From contig OX597820.1 in the NCBI GenBank assembly GCA_951406725.2, positions 48,608,001 to 48,672,000 of the forward strand: 64,000 bases of DNA, written 5' to 3'. Both the position numbers and the translations under genes were made by a program. The notes under the pieces were generated by a model. That model was not told where the DNA came from. It was given only the letters and a program-made list of their open reading frames with translations, and did not search any database. Positions 1 through 10,376 of the stretch are shown here, one piece after another. Origin of the DNA: Octopus vulgaris (taxonomy: Eukaryota). Each line of letters starts with the position of its first letter. The stretch's first letter is position 1.

Positions 1-130
1 TTCGGGAAAAAAAGACCGATCGAATAGGCTTCAAAATATAATTCCTAGAGTCGATTTCTTCGATTAAATCCCTTCTAGGCGGTGCCCCAGCATGGTCGCA
101 GTCAAATGACTGAAATAAGTGAAAGGTAAA
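1..130 (+). mobile_element. 3' part of tRNA-derived SINE family A, truncated by window edge
   Basis: Matches the family A tail seen at 13600-13720 and 36360-36480 (GGCGGTGC(T/C)CCAGCATGG(C/T)CGCAGTCAAATGACTGAAA). Confidence 0.8.
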
Positions 131-645
131 AAACAAAACACAAAACAAATAGAAACCACTAACATCGAACCCGAGTAATTCAAAGTTACCTCTAAAATGG
201 AAAGTGTCTTTTCTCAGATGGTGCTTTGATCACATGACGACAATTGTCATATATGGTGAAACTATCAAATATCATAGTGGCAGACGGGTGACAGGCAAAA
301 GCTATAAGTAAACGTTGATAAACATTTAGTGCCAATGGAATTGACTATCGTCAGTTGTCTATTATAGCCTTCAGTTAAGATGCTTGCAGATAAATAGCTC
401 ACCTGTCTCTCATTTACTTTAAGAATGCACATAGTACTTCATTAGAGGACAAACAAAAAAAAAAAAGAAAAATATGGGAAAGACTCGTGACACAGCATCT
501 CGAATTGTGAACAGAATTTAGCTTGTATCAGGAGCAGTAGTGCCTACTTACTCAGTACTAGATTTGTTTGTGACCAGTATGCCTGCAGTCAATAGCAAAA
601 GCCCCTTCCCTTTATCAATCGTTCGCAAAATGAATCTCATGAAGC

Positions 646-695
<50 letters not shown>

Positions 696-742
696 TACTA
701 TTATTATCATTTTGGGATAAATATTAATTAGCTCTTATTTAC

Positions 743-1006
743 ATTATTTACAATTGACAGATATTTGTCCTCATCTTGTTTGTTGTTAACACAACGTTTC
801 GGCTGATATACCCTCCAGCCTTCATCAATTGTCTTGGGAAAATTTCAAACCTGGGTTCTCATTCCTAAGGTACCTTTTGATGTTGTTGTTGTTGTTGTTA
901 TTATTATTATTATTATTATTATTCAGGTCACTGCCTGGAATCGAACTCGGAATCTTGGGGTTAGTAGCCCGCGCTCTTAACCACTACGCCATATGCCTGT
1001 GGGCTG
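743..1006 (-). mobile_element. SINE-like element: tRNA-like head + (AAT/AAC)n spacer + hammerhead ribozyme motif + TGTAAATAA-type tail
   Basis: Minus strand has an A-box TGGCGTAGTGG and B-box GAGTTCGATTCC at ~993-934, then a microsatellite, then a hammerhead motif at 832-789. Flanked by near-identical ~20-bp direct repeats TATTAATTAGCTCTTATTTAC (722-742) and TATTAATCAGCTCTATTTAC (1007-1026). Confidence 0.75.
789..832 (-). ncRNA. Minimal type I hammerhead ribozyme motif, core C3 mutated to U
   Basis: Minus strand ACAA-TTGATGA-A-GGCTG-gagggtatat-CAGCC-GAAA-CGT-T-GTGT: 5-bp stem II, palindromic ACGT stem III, GUU triplet, imperfect stem I. Confidence 0.7.
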
Positions 1007-1988
1007 TATTAATCAGCTCTATTTACGAAACCATTCGTACTATTCGTGTTCTATTTTACTGGCGAACACTGTTATACTTAAGTATTAGTTTTATTTTCTT
1101 GTTATTCATACACACCGGTACCCCTAAAGAAAGATTAAACCCACCAATTATTTTTCTAGTTTATGTTCTAGTTTGTTCATTTGCTCATCGACTTCAAGCT
1201 TTACACTGCAAAACAGTATGATTCTGATTAATTAAGACTTCTTTCCTCATCTCGAGGCCCTGTTCTTCCTTGTTCCCTTCTTGTACCTTGTGTATTTGTA
1301 TTTGTATTCACTTTGATGAATCTCCATGTACTAGATCGAATGTGCTTTAAAGATGACGAATATTATTCTCATAATTTTCTTCGGCGGCACCGACTGACAT
1401 TGGCAGCAGAAACGGCTGTAAGCAATGTTCAAGCTTTTTATTAAAACATATTTAAATTATAGTAGTCAATTTGTTCATTTTCTGTTCATCTTAAATTTGA
1501 TTCCTGATAAACTCTCGTTTATTCTGTTACTACCTGTATCCTACGTGCATTGTATTCTTGCATAACCATGCCCAGGATTAACGTAGGTAATTTACATCGG
1601 TTGTAATAAAGGTTATCCTTATCCCTTATACGGTTACTTTAACAGTTAACTCTACTTACCTATGTATATATATATATATATATAATTTTAAAAAGTTTAA
1701 AAATATAAAAATTAAAAAATATAAATTTAAAAATTTTTAATTTTAATGATTTAAATTTTAAATTTTATATATATATTATATATTATATTAATTATATTTA
1801 TTGTTTTTTATGTTTTGGTTTATGTCTATCACTGTTTGAGTTGCCTAATAGTGGTTTTATCTTTAATTTAATTTATATTTATGCTGTGAAATTTGATTTA
1901 ATCCTAAATCTAATTTTTCCCTGTATGTTTGGATTTACTCCCTAATATTATTATATATATATATACATATATATATTCATACATGCAT

Positions 1989-2120
<132 letters not shown>

Positions 2121-2127
2121 GTATTAT

Positions 2128-2496
2128 ATATTCAGAAATTAGGGAATGGTGTAGATAAAATTCAGGCTACGTATATTTCATCCTTAGTAAAATCATAGTT
2201 AGCAAAAAGTTAGTAAATTATCCAAACGAGGTATAGGCCGCCAGATACTCTTCACGTCAAGGATACCTTGATTGTATGAAGTTTACATTTTGATCGAATC
2301 CACAACGAGTTAACACGGTATCGCCTAACGACAATGTAAACCTCGTATAGCCAAGGTATCCTTGGCCTGAAGTCTATACCACTCGTTTTGCAGTCTATAC
2401 CACTCGTTTTGATAATTTACTACTGTCGAGGTATGGTTAGCTATGAACCATATGTTGTCTGGATGTTATCTACGCCATGTCCTAAATTTTGAATAT
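2128..2496. mobile_element. Fold-back / MITE-like element with long imperfect inverted arms
   Basis: ATATTCAGAAATTAGGGAATGGTGTAGATAA (2128 on) pairs with TTATCTACGCCATGTCCTAAATTTTGAATAT (to 2496). Inner blocks TAGTAAATTATCCAAACGAG / CTCGTTTTGATAATTTACTA and CAAGGATACCTTG / CAAGGTATCCTTG also pair. Confidence 0.8.
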
Positions 2497-2625
2497 TTAT
2501 TCGCATGTAAAACTACCCCTGTTGCTAACCGTGATCTATAAAATTAACCTTCTTCAGCTTGTCGTATTACGATACGAGAAAAAATTCACTATATTCTGCG
2601 CCAATAAACCACTACTGTCCTTCAA

Positions 2626-2657
<32 letters not shown>

Positions 2658-2829
2658 CGGATTGTTTGAAGTTCACTAGCTTTCTACACCTTGATCCTTG
2701 GATCTTAACTTTCCCCAGACACACATGCACACACACACATACACATGGACACACGTTACATATATATATATATATATATATATGGAAATCCGGCCACATC
2801 GGCAAAATGCATAGCATGTTTTCCGATGA

Positions 2830-2897
2830 CCAGATAACTGAAGAGATGGGGGCATGGATTTCCACCTCGGCATCCGAAACTCGGAGTTTTATCATGG
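2830..2897 (+). ncRNA. Type I hammerhead ribozyme with intact core, in a Penelope-like fragment between (TA)n tracts
   Basis: Stem I GATAA (2833-37) / TTATC (2889-93); core CTGAAGA (2838-44); stem II GATG (2845-48) / CATC (2871-74); GAAA (2876-79); stem III ACTC-G-GAGT; GUU triplet, predicted cut after 2888. Confidence 0.75.
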
Positions 2898-2928
2898 CTA
2901 CCGAATAATTGTCACATATTACATTTAC

Positions 2929-2990
<62 letters not shown>

Positions 2991-3327
2991 GTATGTATAC
3001 AAATATATATATATATGTACTTATATATATATAGGGATACATAAACGCGTCAAGCGCACACACGCATGCATACACATTAACAATATTTGTATGTGTATTT
3101 TTGTACGTGCGTTTATGTGTACATGAGTGCCCGTGTAAACGTTAGTGTTGGTGTCACAGTGCGCTGACCACCAAATTTAGGACTATCGTAATTTATTCAT
3201 GTGATTGCCATTTTATATCTGAAGTGGGAATATAAATTACCTACATTCTCTGCGTACTAAATAGCTTTATATGTTACCTTTCTGTCTGTCAGCTTGTCTG
3301 TCTGCCTTTCTCTTTCTCTCTCTCTGA

Positions 3328-3377
<50 letters not shown>

Positions 3378-4224
3378 GTGTCTTGCTCTCCCTCCTTGTA
3401 TCCGGTCTATCATGATATAGAAATACATATTAAATATATATGTGTGTAAGTCTGAGTGTCTGTGTGTCTGTCCATCTGTCTGTCTGTCTGGCTGTCTGTC
3501 TGTATAATGCACATTATTTCGTTCCTGTAAAAAAAAAATTAGAGTAAGAAGTGTGGGAGCTAAAGGGAAGGACTCCTCTACATTTGACAAATCAAGTCAA
3601 TTGGTTGTTACTGATCTGCCGCCTCCAGTGTCGCTGACAATAATCATGCTTGACGTTTGCGTTCGACACTTTCCGCCCGTAACACTCAACACCAGCAGCG
3701 TCACATATAACTCATTCTGCCCTCCTCCACATATCATCGCCTTAATTTATAGGCATCCCACTCACTTCTTCTCTCTCCCTTTCTATGCGCCCCCTCTGTC
3801 GCTTTCTTATTGTCTTCTACTGTCTCTTAAAATTTCCCTCTGAACCTGTCTCTCTCTCTGACACTTTCCCCTCACTCTTTTTTCGCTTTATCCCTCACTG
3901 TGCGTGTCTTCGCTTTCTGTCAGTATTTCTCTCTCTTCCTTACTCTGTCTCTGTTTCTCTCTAACTTTCGTGCGCATGCGCACACATATGTAGGTTTGTA
4001 TGTACATCTGCACATGTTGTCATGTATGTATGACTATCTTAGGTATAACTAACTATACAACATGACTATGCTCCTGTATATAATTATGTATGCACTTATA
4101 AATTAGGTACCACCGCACGCTCATACACACACACATAGACACACCGACAAACACAACACACTCACACACACGCACGCACATACATATACATATGTACGTA
4201 TTTGTGTATACATATATACATACA

Positions 4225-4258
<34 letters not shown>

Positions 4259-4551
4259 CATACATTCATACATACATACATATACATACATGTGTGTGAG
4301 TAGGTCAGGGTTTGAGTTTGTTTTTCACCAAAGGTGTTAGTTTGATAACAACTGCTTAACTGAGTAGTTAGGCAAAATGTATCCCAGGAATTCAGTAGAA
4401 GACATTTATATCGCTACTGGAAGTGATTTTGATCGACTAATCTTTCAAATGAGTGTCTCAGTCGGTCGCATTCTCACGACTAAAACACAATCACTCAAAC
4501 ATACGCACGCTCACACACGCACGCACACACACACACACACATACACACATG

Positions 4552-4606
<55 letters not shown>

Positions 4607-4703
4607 AGGGATGATCACGAGTGGTAAGCGAATTATCAGCTGTACAGGCAAATTTAATATATACATACAATATCATATATATATATATATGTGTGTGTGT
4701 GTG

Positions 4704-4735
<32 letters not shown>

Positions 4736-5274
4736 CGTGTGTGTATGAATGCGGTTTGGCAAAGAGTCCAATAAAATAAGCACCAGGTTTAAAAAGTATT
4801 AGGGGCGATTCATTCAGCTAAAAATTCTTCAAATGGCCGCACATTAAACAAGTAAAAGATAAAAAAGTAAAAGATATGTATACCAATACACGCATACACA
4901 CGCATTGCTGCACCAATGGAATCCTCTATGAACTTGCATTAACATTAAATTGTTTAACCGTCTTCTAAATTAAACACGCCAAAGTAAGTGGCCAGAAGAG
5001 CTACAACAGAGCAGGAGACAATAGCTATAAAAATAACGATAATAGTGGGGATGGTAGCAAGAAAAGAGAATAGGACTAAGCGGAGCAGCAGCAGCAGCAC
5101 ACGAGGACGGAAAGTGTCGCTGAAGACGAAAGATTTCCGGAACATGGACATGAGTTAAAAAAAAGAACAGTAATGAACGAGTGAAGAACGAATATATAGT
5201 GCGTGTGTTTATGTCACCATCTTGAAGCACAATAATATTTGTTTCAACAAACGGTTTCACATCAGGAATCTTGC

Positions 5275-5505
5275 AACTATCTATCTATCCGCTCAGTCGA
5301 AGTCGACTCTCGGTTACTCGATGGATCAGTGTCCTCCAGTCAGTTCTGTCCCGGACCGCTTCTTTCAGATTGGCCACGTCCATTCTGGTATCACTCTTGA
5401 TGGTGTCAAGTCAGCGGGTTCTTGGTCGGCCTCTTCCTCTCTTGCCACTGCCCATTCTGAGCATGATGTCCTTCTCCAGGGATTTTCTCCTCATAATCTT
5501 GCAAC
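5275..5505 (-). mobile_element. 3' end of an RTE/BovB-type LINE with (TAGA)n tail
   Basis: Minus-strand translation IMRRKSLEKDIMLRMGSGKRGRGRPRTR*LDTIKSD...AVRDRTDWRTLIHRVTESRLRL, the characteristic BovB/RTE C-terminus. Confidence 0.8.
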
Positions 5506-5638
5506 ACATTCATAAAATATATTTCTTCTTTCAATTTCTCTAAGACATTTGGTAAATGTATCGTCGCCGTCGTGGCTCTTATCATCAATGTCATTATTAT
5601 CGTTAACATCCTAGTCAGCAGTCACAGTCGTAGTGGCA

Positions 5639-5687
<49 letters not shown>

Positions 5688-5928
5688 TTTTTTTTTTTTT
5701 TTTTTTTTTTCCTCTAACCCACGTTCGTAATGAATGTTTATGCAAGGAAATCGATGACATATTTTAATGATAAAGCGTTTATTAATATGACACCTGATTG
5801 ACAATAAATATTTCAAATTAAGTAATATATGCATATGTGTGCGCGTATGCGCATGTGTGTTGTTTGTGTGTGAGTGTTGTGTGCTTGTATGTTGTGTGTG
5901 CGTTTGTGTATGTGTGTGTTTGTGTGAA

Positions 5929-5962
<34 letters not shown>

Positions 5963-7165
5963 CGCGCGTGTTTCAGGTTTCATCTTAGCATTACTTAAAT
6001 ATTCAGAGACTTAAGATAACCATCAAGCTATTCATAGGGATTTCTTTTGTAGCAGGAATATTTGGCAGTCCGAAAAGCGAATCACTAAAAAAAAGAAAAA
6101 AAGAAAAAAGAATAAAAACAAGTGAATAACAATAAACAGGATGTCGTCAAATATTGATGTGAATAACTGAATAACCGACGACGGCTGGGTGGCAGAATTT
6201 TTAGCAAGACAGAAAAAAGAACCGCTTAACGCCTTTAGTATCTGAGTGCAAATTCCTCCTGTCGACTTCGTCTAACAACTTGGGTCGATGTAATCGACTT
6301 AACTACTTTTCCGAAACTGCTAGTTTTGTGCCAAGATTTGAAACTAATAACTGGATAACAGTTACAAGCATGAAAAACATATTCACTATCGGTTACATTG
6401 GCAAACAAGTAGCTGGCCATTCAAATACAATAAACCTAGCAATGTTGAATTCATTAAATCCCAGTGGTTGTAAACAAACACTTTTACTGGACAAACAACG
6501 TATGGAATACCTATTAAACGTTTTCATCTCTGGGGCGGATTTTCTGACATTGAAATATAAATATAAATTGTTCTCTTATCTAGTCAGTGATACGTGGTTC
6601 TGGCAAGACCAACGGCAGCTGGTATGCCCAAAATTCGACAACTTGTGCCGTCTACTGTTATTTCTAACAATACCCGATACAAACTTTGAATTATATAAGT
6701 TGTACATATGCTTTCTGTCCTGCTAGCAACGATATATATAATTGTAAAATCTCAACGGAGTTTGTTTTTTTCTCATCTACATCAACTCAACCGAATCATC
6801 ATGCTGGTGACTACCAAAAATCAAAGACATTCTTGTCATTAAACTCTTATCATACGTGAAGCCTTCTCCACGTTTGAAAGTGAGGTGTAAAATAAACAGT
6901 AACATTTCAATTCTTGTCATAGTTATATAATTTATGCAAATATTTATTTGTAAACCATGGGTGAAGAAGAAAACAAAAGGAAAACAAACGAAGAGAAATG
7001 AAACGAGACGGAAAGCGAAAGGAAATATATTCATTCTTTAAAATGAACGTGTTCAGAAATACTTAAATATCTTTCATTGAAGCTGAGTCGGGTTTGCATA
7101 GAATGGGATGAAAACAACTGTTGTGCAGTGAAACTCATTCCGCCACGTAGCCATGTTTCATATTC

Positions 7166-7238
<73 letters not shown>

Positions 7239-7823
7239 ACATACTCACACTCACACACACACATGTACAAGCAATCGTGTTGAATCTGTTAGTATTACAA
7301 ATACTTGCATCAGGGTAACTTTTTATCGGTTTATACAAGTGTCTTTTTATATCTATGGGCTTTTTTACATGTGATCAAACAATTCCCTTTCCTCTTCCTT
7401 TTATCTAATTAACAGTTTATTTTTGATTATTTTGTAATAGTATTCATCATTCATTACATTATCACTCTCTTGCTAAGGCTCCTAATAAGAACGAAATCAT
7501 CATCTCCCAACACAAGGTGGGACGACAAATGTGAATTTGAAATTAAGGAAGTCGATGAGAAAGATGTGTTCACATCTTTGTGTATCTATTTTTTGTATCT
7601 ATTAACTTTTTGTATCTATAACGAAGTTCTTACAGCTTCTAGTTAGTGGTAATCATGTATAGCATTATTTCATTCTGTTTAGAAATCTTCAGCATGATTT
7701 AAATAATAACTTTTTAAATAGAGATAATATATCTATTTAAAAAGTTACTGTTTGTGAAAATTAATTTTTCTGCCAATAGCAGTATTAATACTTTGAAAAT
7801 TAGCTTTTGTTACATTCACTATT

Positions 7824-8086
7824 GGTGGAGGCGCGTGGCTTAGTAGTAAGGGTGTCAACATGATCGTAAGATTGTGGTTTCGATTCCTGGACGGGACGAT
7901 GCGGTGTGTTCTTGAGCAAAACATTTCATTTCTCGTTGCTCCAGTCCTCTCAGCTGGCAAAAATGAGTAACATTGCGATGGACTGGAGTCCCGTCCAGCA
8001 GAGGAACACATACGCCATTGAAACCGAGAAACCGTGCTAATGAGTCTGGCTAGGCTTTAAAAGGGTGCATTTATTTATTTTTTATT
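7824..8086 (+). mobile_element. tRNA-derived SINE family C with V-domain-like 3' body
   Basis: A-box-like GTGGCTTAGTAG, B-box GGTTTCGATTCC, GCGATGGACTGGAGTCCCGTCCAG block; 14-bp TSD TTACATTCACTATT at 7810-7823 and 8087-8100. Confidence 0.85.
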
Positions 8087-8456
8087 TTACATTCACTATT
8101 AATATAAGTATAATTGTGCATCAGTTTTACTCAAGAGTTATGATGAAATCTAAACATGTATTAAGAAGCCAAAGAACGAAAGAGAAGAAGCAGTAAAAAG
8201 AAGTTTCACATTAGGTCTTATATCGAAAATTTACATACTGAAAATTTAGATACAAACTTCAGCTAGTTTCAAGCACCAACACTAATCTTTACATTACATA
8301 ATAAAAAATACATTAAACGACTAAGAAGTACACTTTTCTTCCGAAAAGATAAAATACGTCATGGCTAATACAAAAACAAACAAAACAATAGAAAGTATAG
8401 GTTTTGTAATTTATGCGCTTTCATTTGAACTATATAATTTTATATTATTATTCTTT

Positions 8457-8496
<40 letters not shown>

Positions 8497-8558
8497 TATA
8501 TGACTGCATGCATGTATGTTTATATAAATATATCTATCTATCTCCCCCTCTCTCTCTC

Positions 8559-8600
<42 letters not shown>

Positions 8601-8617
8601 TAATATATACCAATCAT

Positions 8618-8679
<62 letters not shown>

Positions 8680-8711
8680 GGATTATTACAAAGTAGCATG
8701 ACCTTACCTTC

Positions 8712-9070
8712 GGCTGTGTGGTAAGTAGCTTGCTTACCAACTACATGGTTCCGGGTTCAATCCCACTGCGTGGCACCTTGGGCAAGTGTCTTCTGCTATA
8801 GCCTCGGGCCGACCAATGCCTTGTGAGTGGATTTGGTAGACGGAAACTGAAAGAAGCCTGTCGTATATATGTATGTATATATATGTATATGTGTGTATAT
8901 GTTTGTGTGTCTGTGTTTGTCCCCCTAGCATTGCTTGACAACCGATGCTGTTGTGTTTACTTAGCAGTCCGGCAAAAGAGACCGATGGAATAAGTACTGG
9001 GGTCGATTTGCTCGGCTAAAAGCGGTGCTCCAGCATGGCCGCAGCCAAATGACTGAAACAAGTAAAAGAG
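8712..9070 (+). mobile_element. tRNA-derived SINE family A with internal TA/TG microsatellite
   Basis: Head GGCTGTGTGGTAAGTAGC...GGGTTCAATCCC, body GGCACCTTGGGCAAGTGTC...GGAAACTGAAAGAAGCC, microsatellite, tail ending GAAACAAGTAAAAGA; same architecture in several copies. Confidence 0.9.
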
Positions 9071-9537
9071 AGAGAGTAAAGTGTATACAGTCAGACAGAC
9101 ACGCGCACAGAGCTTCAGATAGACCTGCACATGTTTCTACAGCATAGATTAGTAACCGTTGAATGTGTGTGTGTTTGTGTACGTGTGTGTGCATGTGTGT
9201 GTGTTTATGTATGTATGTATGTATGTATGTATATGTGCATACACATTGTATGACAGAAAACTGTTTTTCTTCACTAAAACCTTACATTTAAATGCATCGC
9301 TGAGTTTTTTCACAACTTTGTAAACCTTTACGTATAATTCATCTAATGACCGTGTTTTCATTTATTCTTTCCAGGCTATTTTTTCTACACTATTACTATA
9401 ATTATTTATTTATGAAATTTCTGCTATACTTTTTACCATCATTATTCAAAACACCTTCTTTATTATTTTCTTCGCTACTTTCATCATTGTTCTCACCAAT
9501 AACTTTTATCGTCTGCATCATTTTACAATTAAGGAAA

Positions 9538-9631
9538 TTCTTCTTCTTCTTCTTCTTCTTCTTCTTCTTCTTCTTCTTCTTCTTCTTCTCCTTCTTCCTC
9601 TTCTTCTTTGCATTATTATTATTGTTATTAA

Positions 9632-9669
<38 letters not shown>

Positions 9670-9709
9670 GTGACAGTTGTAGTAGCAGCAGCAGCAGCAG
9701 CAGTAGTAT

Positions 9710-9752
<43 letters not shown>
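9538..9752. repeat. Compound trinucleotide tract (TTC)n-(TTA)n-(GCA)n-(GTA)n
   Basis: Direct reading. Confidence 0.95.
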
Positions 9753-9753
<1 letters not shown>

Positions 9754-10140
9754 CGTAGCGTTAATTTCCTATGTAAATCATCAATCGCAAAACTATGTAC
9801 CACATTTACATGCAATTCTTCGTTTTATCAATTTTTTTTTGTATTTCTCTTCTATATTGTTTTTTTTGTATACTCAGATTGGGAAGATTTATCTTGGTAG
9901 ATGTTTGCACTGTTTCACCATGTTATTTCTATATTTTATTTAGATATATTATTCCAAGAACCTTTGCTATAATTTTTCAACATACATTTTTTTACTTAAC
10001 TGTTCCTAAATATACTAATTACATTCCTCTCTGTCATACATCTTAACCGTAACGGTATATCATTTCGTAAGTGGAATAAAAAAAACCAAACAGGAAGTAG
10101 GAAGAGTAATACAACAATGAACAAGAGTACAAAATATATA

Positions 10141-10376
10141 TATTTCTTTACTACCCACAAGGGGCTAAACACAGAGGGGACAAACAAGGACAGACAAAGG
10201 GATTAAGTCGACCACATCGACCCCAGTGCATAACTAGTACTTAATTTATCGACCCCGAAAGGATGAAAGGCAAAGTCGACCTCGGCGAAATTTGAACTCG
10301 GAACGTAACGACAGACGAAATACGGCTACGAATTTCGCCCGGCGTGCTAATGTTTCTACCAGCTCGCCGCCTTTAA
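10141..10376 (-). mobile_element. tRNA-derived SINE family B with Meta-domain-like core, full length
   Basis: Minus strand GGCGGCGAGCTGGTAGAA...GAGTTCAAATTTCGCCGAGGTCGACTTTGCCTTTCATCCTTTCGGGGTCGATAAA...TAAAGAAAT; 13-bp TSD TACAAAATATATA at 10128-10140 and 10377-10389. Confidence 0.9.

Noticed and set aside
6280-7034. Non-repetitive ORFs 6280-6726(+) and 6777-7034(-), and possible minus-strand micro-exons
   Set aside because: The first starts inside a SINE relic; no recognisable domain, and splice signals are too weak to support a call.
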